DNA from: Methanobacteriota archaeon
Lineage (GTDB): Archaea > Thermoplasmatota > E2 > JACPAO01 > JAHWKR01
Assembly: GCA_019347805.1 (NCBI GenBank)
Contig: JAHWKR010000002.1
Coordinates: forward strand, 2,137-66,136
Direction: 5' to 3'
Length of the DNA stretch: 64,000 nt
Positions 62,272 to 64,000 of this stretch are shown here, piece by piece. Made by a program: the position numbers and the translations under genes. The first letter of the stretch is position 1. Every line of letters begins with the position of its first letter. The notes beneath the pieces were generated by a model that saw only the letters and a list, made by a program, of their open reading frames with translations, was not told the origin of the DNA and ran no database searches.

Positions 62272-63357
62272 GTGAAGGTCCTCCTCGTCGTTGGTGCCCG
62301 TCCCCAGTTCATCAAGATGGCACCGCTCGGTCGTCGTCTCGAGGGGCGGCACGAGGCGGTCCTGGTCCACACCGGACAACACTACGACCACGGCATGAGC
62401 GATGTCTTCTTCGAGGAACTGAAGATCATGCCGCCCCACCACCACCTCGGCGTCGGCTCGGGGCGGCACGGTGCACAGACCGGTCGGATGCTGGCCGCCC
62501 TCGAAGAGGTCATCCTGGACGAGTCACCCGATTGTGTCGTCGTCTATGGCGACACGAACTCGACCTTGGCGGGGGCCCTCGCGGCTGCCAAACTCGAGGT
62601 GCCCGTGGGCCATGTCGAGGCCGGTCTGCGAAGTTTCGACCGCACCATGCCCGAAGAGCTCAATCGGGTCGTGACGGACCACCTCTCCACCGGCCTGTTC
62701 TGTCCGTCCGATACGGCGGTCCAGAACCTCCGCAAGGAGGGGGTGGTCGACGGGGTGCACATGGTCGGCGATGTCATGGTGGACGCGTTCCAGGAGCATC
62801 TACCGGTCGCCCGCAAGGTGTCGGACGTCCTGGCGCGGAACGACCTGGAACCGGGCGGTTACTGGCTCGCCACGGTCCACCGTGCGGGCAACACCGACGA
62901 CCCGGTCCGACTGAGGGCGATCCTGGAAGCGTTCGCGGGTTCCGGTGAGACCGTGCTGCTCCCGCTCCACCCGCGAACGGTCGCTCGGGTCGACCAACAC
63001 GGGTTGCGTCCGCTTCTCGACAGTGGTGATGTGCGGGTCGTCCCGCCCCTTCCTTATCTGGACATGCTCGCGGCCTTGTCCGGCTGCAAGGGCGTCTTGA
63101 CCGACAGCGGCGGCTTGCAGAAAGAGGCCTATCTGGCCGGAAAGCCCGGGGTCACGCTTCGCGACAACACGGAGTGGGTGGAGACGGTGGAGGCGGGGTG
63201 GAACCTGCTTGTGGGCGCCGACGAAGAACGGATCCTGGAGGCGATGCGCTCCTTCCGGCCCTCCGGCGACAGAGCGACCCTCTACGGTGATGGCAAGGCC
63301 TCGGAACGCATCGTCGCGCTCCTCCCGGAGCTTTCCCAGACGCATCAAGTCGCGTGA
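62272..63357 (+). CDS. wecB: Second UDP-GlcNAc 2-epimerase family enzyme
   Basis: GARPQFIK, HTGQHYD, YGDTNST, HVEAGLRS, TDSGGLQKEA, TEWVET. Confidence 0.9.
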   Translation: MKVLLVVGARPQFIKMAPLGRRLEGRHEAVLVHTGQHYDHGMSDVFFEELKIMPPHHHLGVGSGRHGAQTGRMLAALEEVILDESPDCVVVYGDTNSTLAGALAAAKLEVPVGHVEAGLRSFDRTMPEELNRVVTDHLSTGLFCPSDTAVQNLRKEGVVDGVHMVGDVMVDAFQEHLPVARKVSDVLARNDLEPGGYWLATVHRAGNTDDPVRLRAILEAFAGSGETVLLPLHPRTVARVDQHGLRPLLDSGDVRVVPPLPYLDMLAALSGCKGVLTDSGGLQKEAYLAGKPGVTLRDNTEWVETVEAGWNLLVGADEERILEAMRSFRPSGDRATLYGDGKASERIVALLPELSQTHQVA

Positions 63358-63395
63358 CCTAATGTTTTATAGACCGGGACCCAGACGCCGGGTCT

Positions 63396-64000
63396 GTGGC
63401 AGACCTGCGCGTCCTCGTCGTCCAGAACCAGCTCTGCTCCCGTGCCTGGCGCCATGCCAAGGTGCTGTCGGATGCCGGGGTCGAGGTGTCGCTCTTCGAG
63501 ACCGGGGAGCCGTCCGAAGGCTACGATTATTCGTTCTTCGACTCGCGCCACACGGCGGGGGTCGGGCGTGACCTGCGCAGCGTCGTCCTGGGCCGCAAGA
63601 AGGTCATCGCAGGGATGAAGGCGGCCGCCGATGCCACCGATGCCGATGTCATCCATTCCAATAACGGCCCGGATCACATGGGTGCTTGGGCGGCGCGGCA
63701 CCTGGACGTTCCCCTCCTGCACGATGTCCACGACCTGTGGAGCGCCACACCGGTCACCTATGTCCGTCCGTTCTTCCGTCCTGCCGTCAAGCGCATGGTG
63801 GCGGTTTGGGAGAAGCGCGCGGTCGAGGGGGCGGACCTCGTCCTCACGGTATCGGACGGCATGAAAGAGTACCTGGAGAGACGGCATCAGGTGGGCCGGT
63901 CGCGTGTCGTCGGCAACAAGAGCCTGCCGCAGAAGATCGACCCGAAGCCGAAGCTGAGCGCACGTGACGGCAAGGTCCATGTCGTCTACGCCGGCGGGAT
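63396..64000 (+). CDS. Glycosyltransferase family 4, runs off window end; paralog of 53311-54471
   Basis: Not in ORF track. GTG start MADLRVLVVQNQLCSRAWRHAKVLSDAGVEVSLFE versus LCSRAWKEAKALTEAGAEVSLIE; TATA TTTTATA at 63365-63371. Confidence 0.8.
   Translation, partial: MADLRVLVVQNQLCSRAWRHAKVLSDAGVEVSLFETGEPSEGYDYSFFDSRHTAGVGRDLRSVVLGRKKVIAGMKAAADATDADVIHSNNGPDHMGAWAARHLDVPLLHDVHDLWSATPVTYVRPFFRPAVKRMVAVWEKRAVEGADLVLTVSDGMKEYLERRHQVGRSRVVGNKSLPQKIDPKPKLSARDGKVHVVYAGG

Overview
High-GC window from an archaeal chromosome. Archaeal markers are TFE, aTrm56, CTP-dependent riboflavin kinase, Sec61beta, AMP phosphorylase with R15P isomerase, and TATA boxes about 25-30 nt before start codons. A Thermoplasmatota-like euryarchaeon is my inference. 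Most of the window is heterotrophic core metabolism: malate dehydrogenase, isocitrate dehydrogenase, aconitase, two acyl-CoA dehydrogenases, EtfBA, enoyl-CoA hydratase and an acyl-CoA carboxylase. It also holds transporters (Amt, two MscS, NSS, FNT), many secreted proteins and lipoproteins of unknown function, and a surface-glycan cluster at 50.6-64 kb. I saw no rRNA, tRNA, CRISPR array, integrase or transposase. The best candidate for a new system is the ~0.9 kb gap between etfA and a DEAD-box helicase (36.5-37.35 kb), where two paralogous 48-49 aa microproteins flank a densely structured putative RNA. Other notable items: inferred CTG/ACG start codons concentrated in acyl-CoA metabolism genes, a beta-propeller/TM/pseudo-ABC-ATPase fusion, GTAG-containing palindromic repeats that supply gene stop codons, an NrpR-type operator before amt, and a cluster of Cys-patterned secreted paralogs with tiny lipoproteins. 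All calls come from reading the sequence and motifs; no searches were run.
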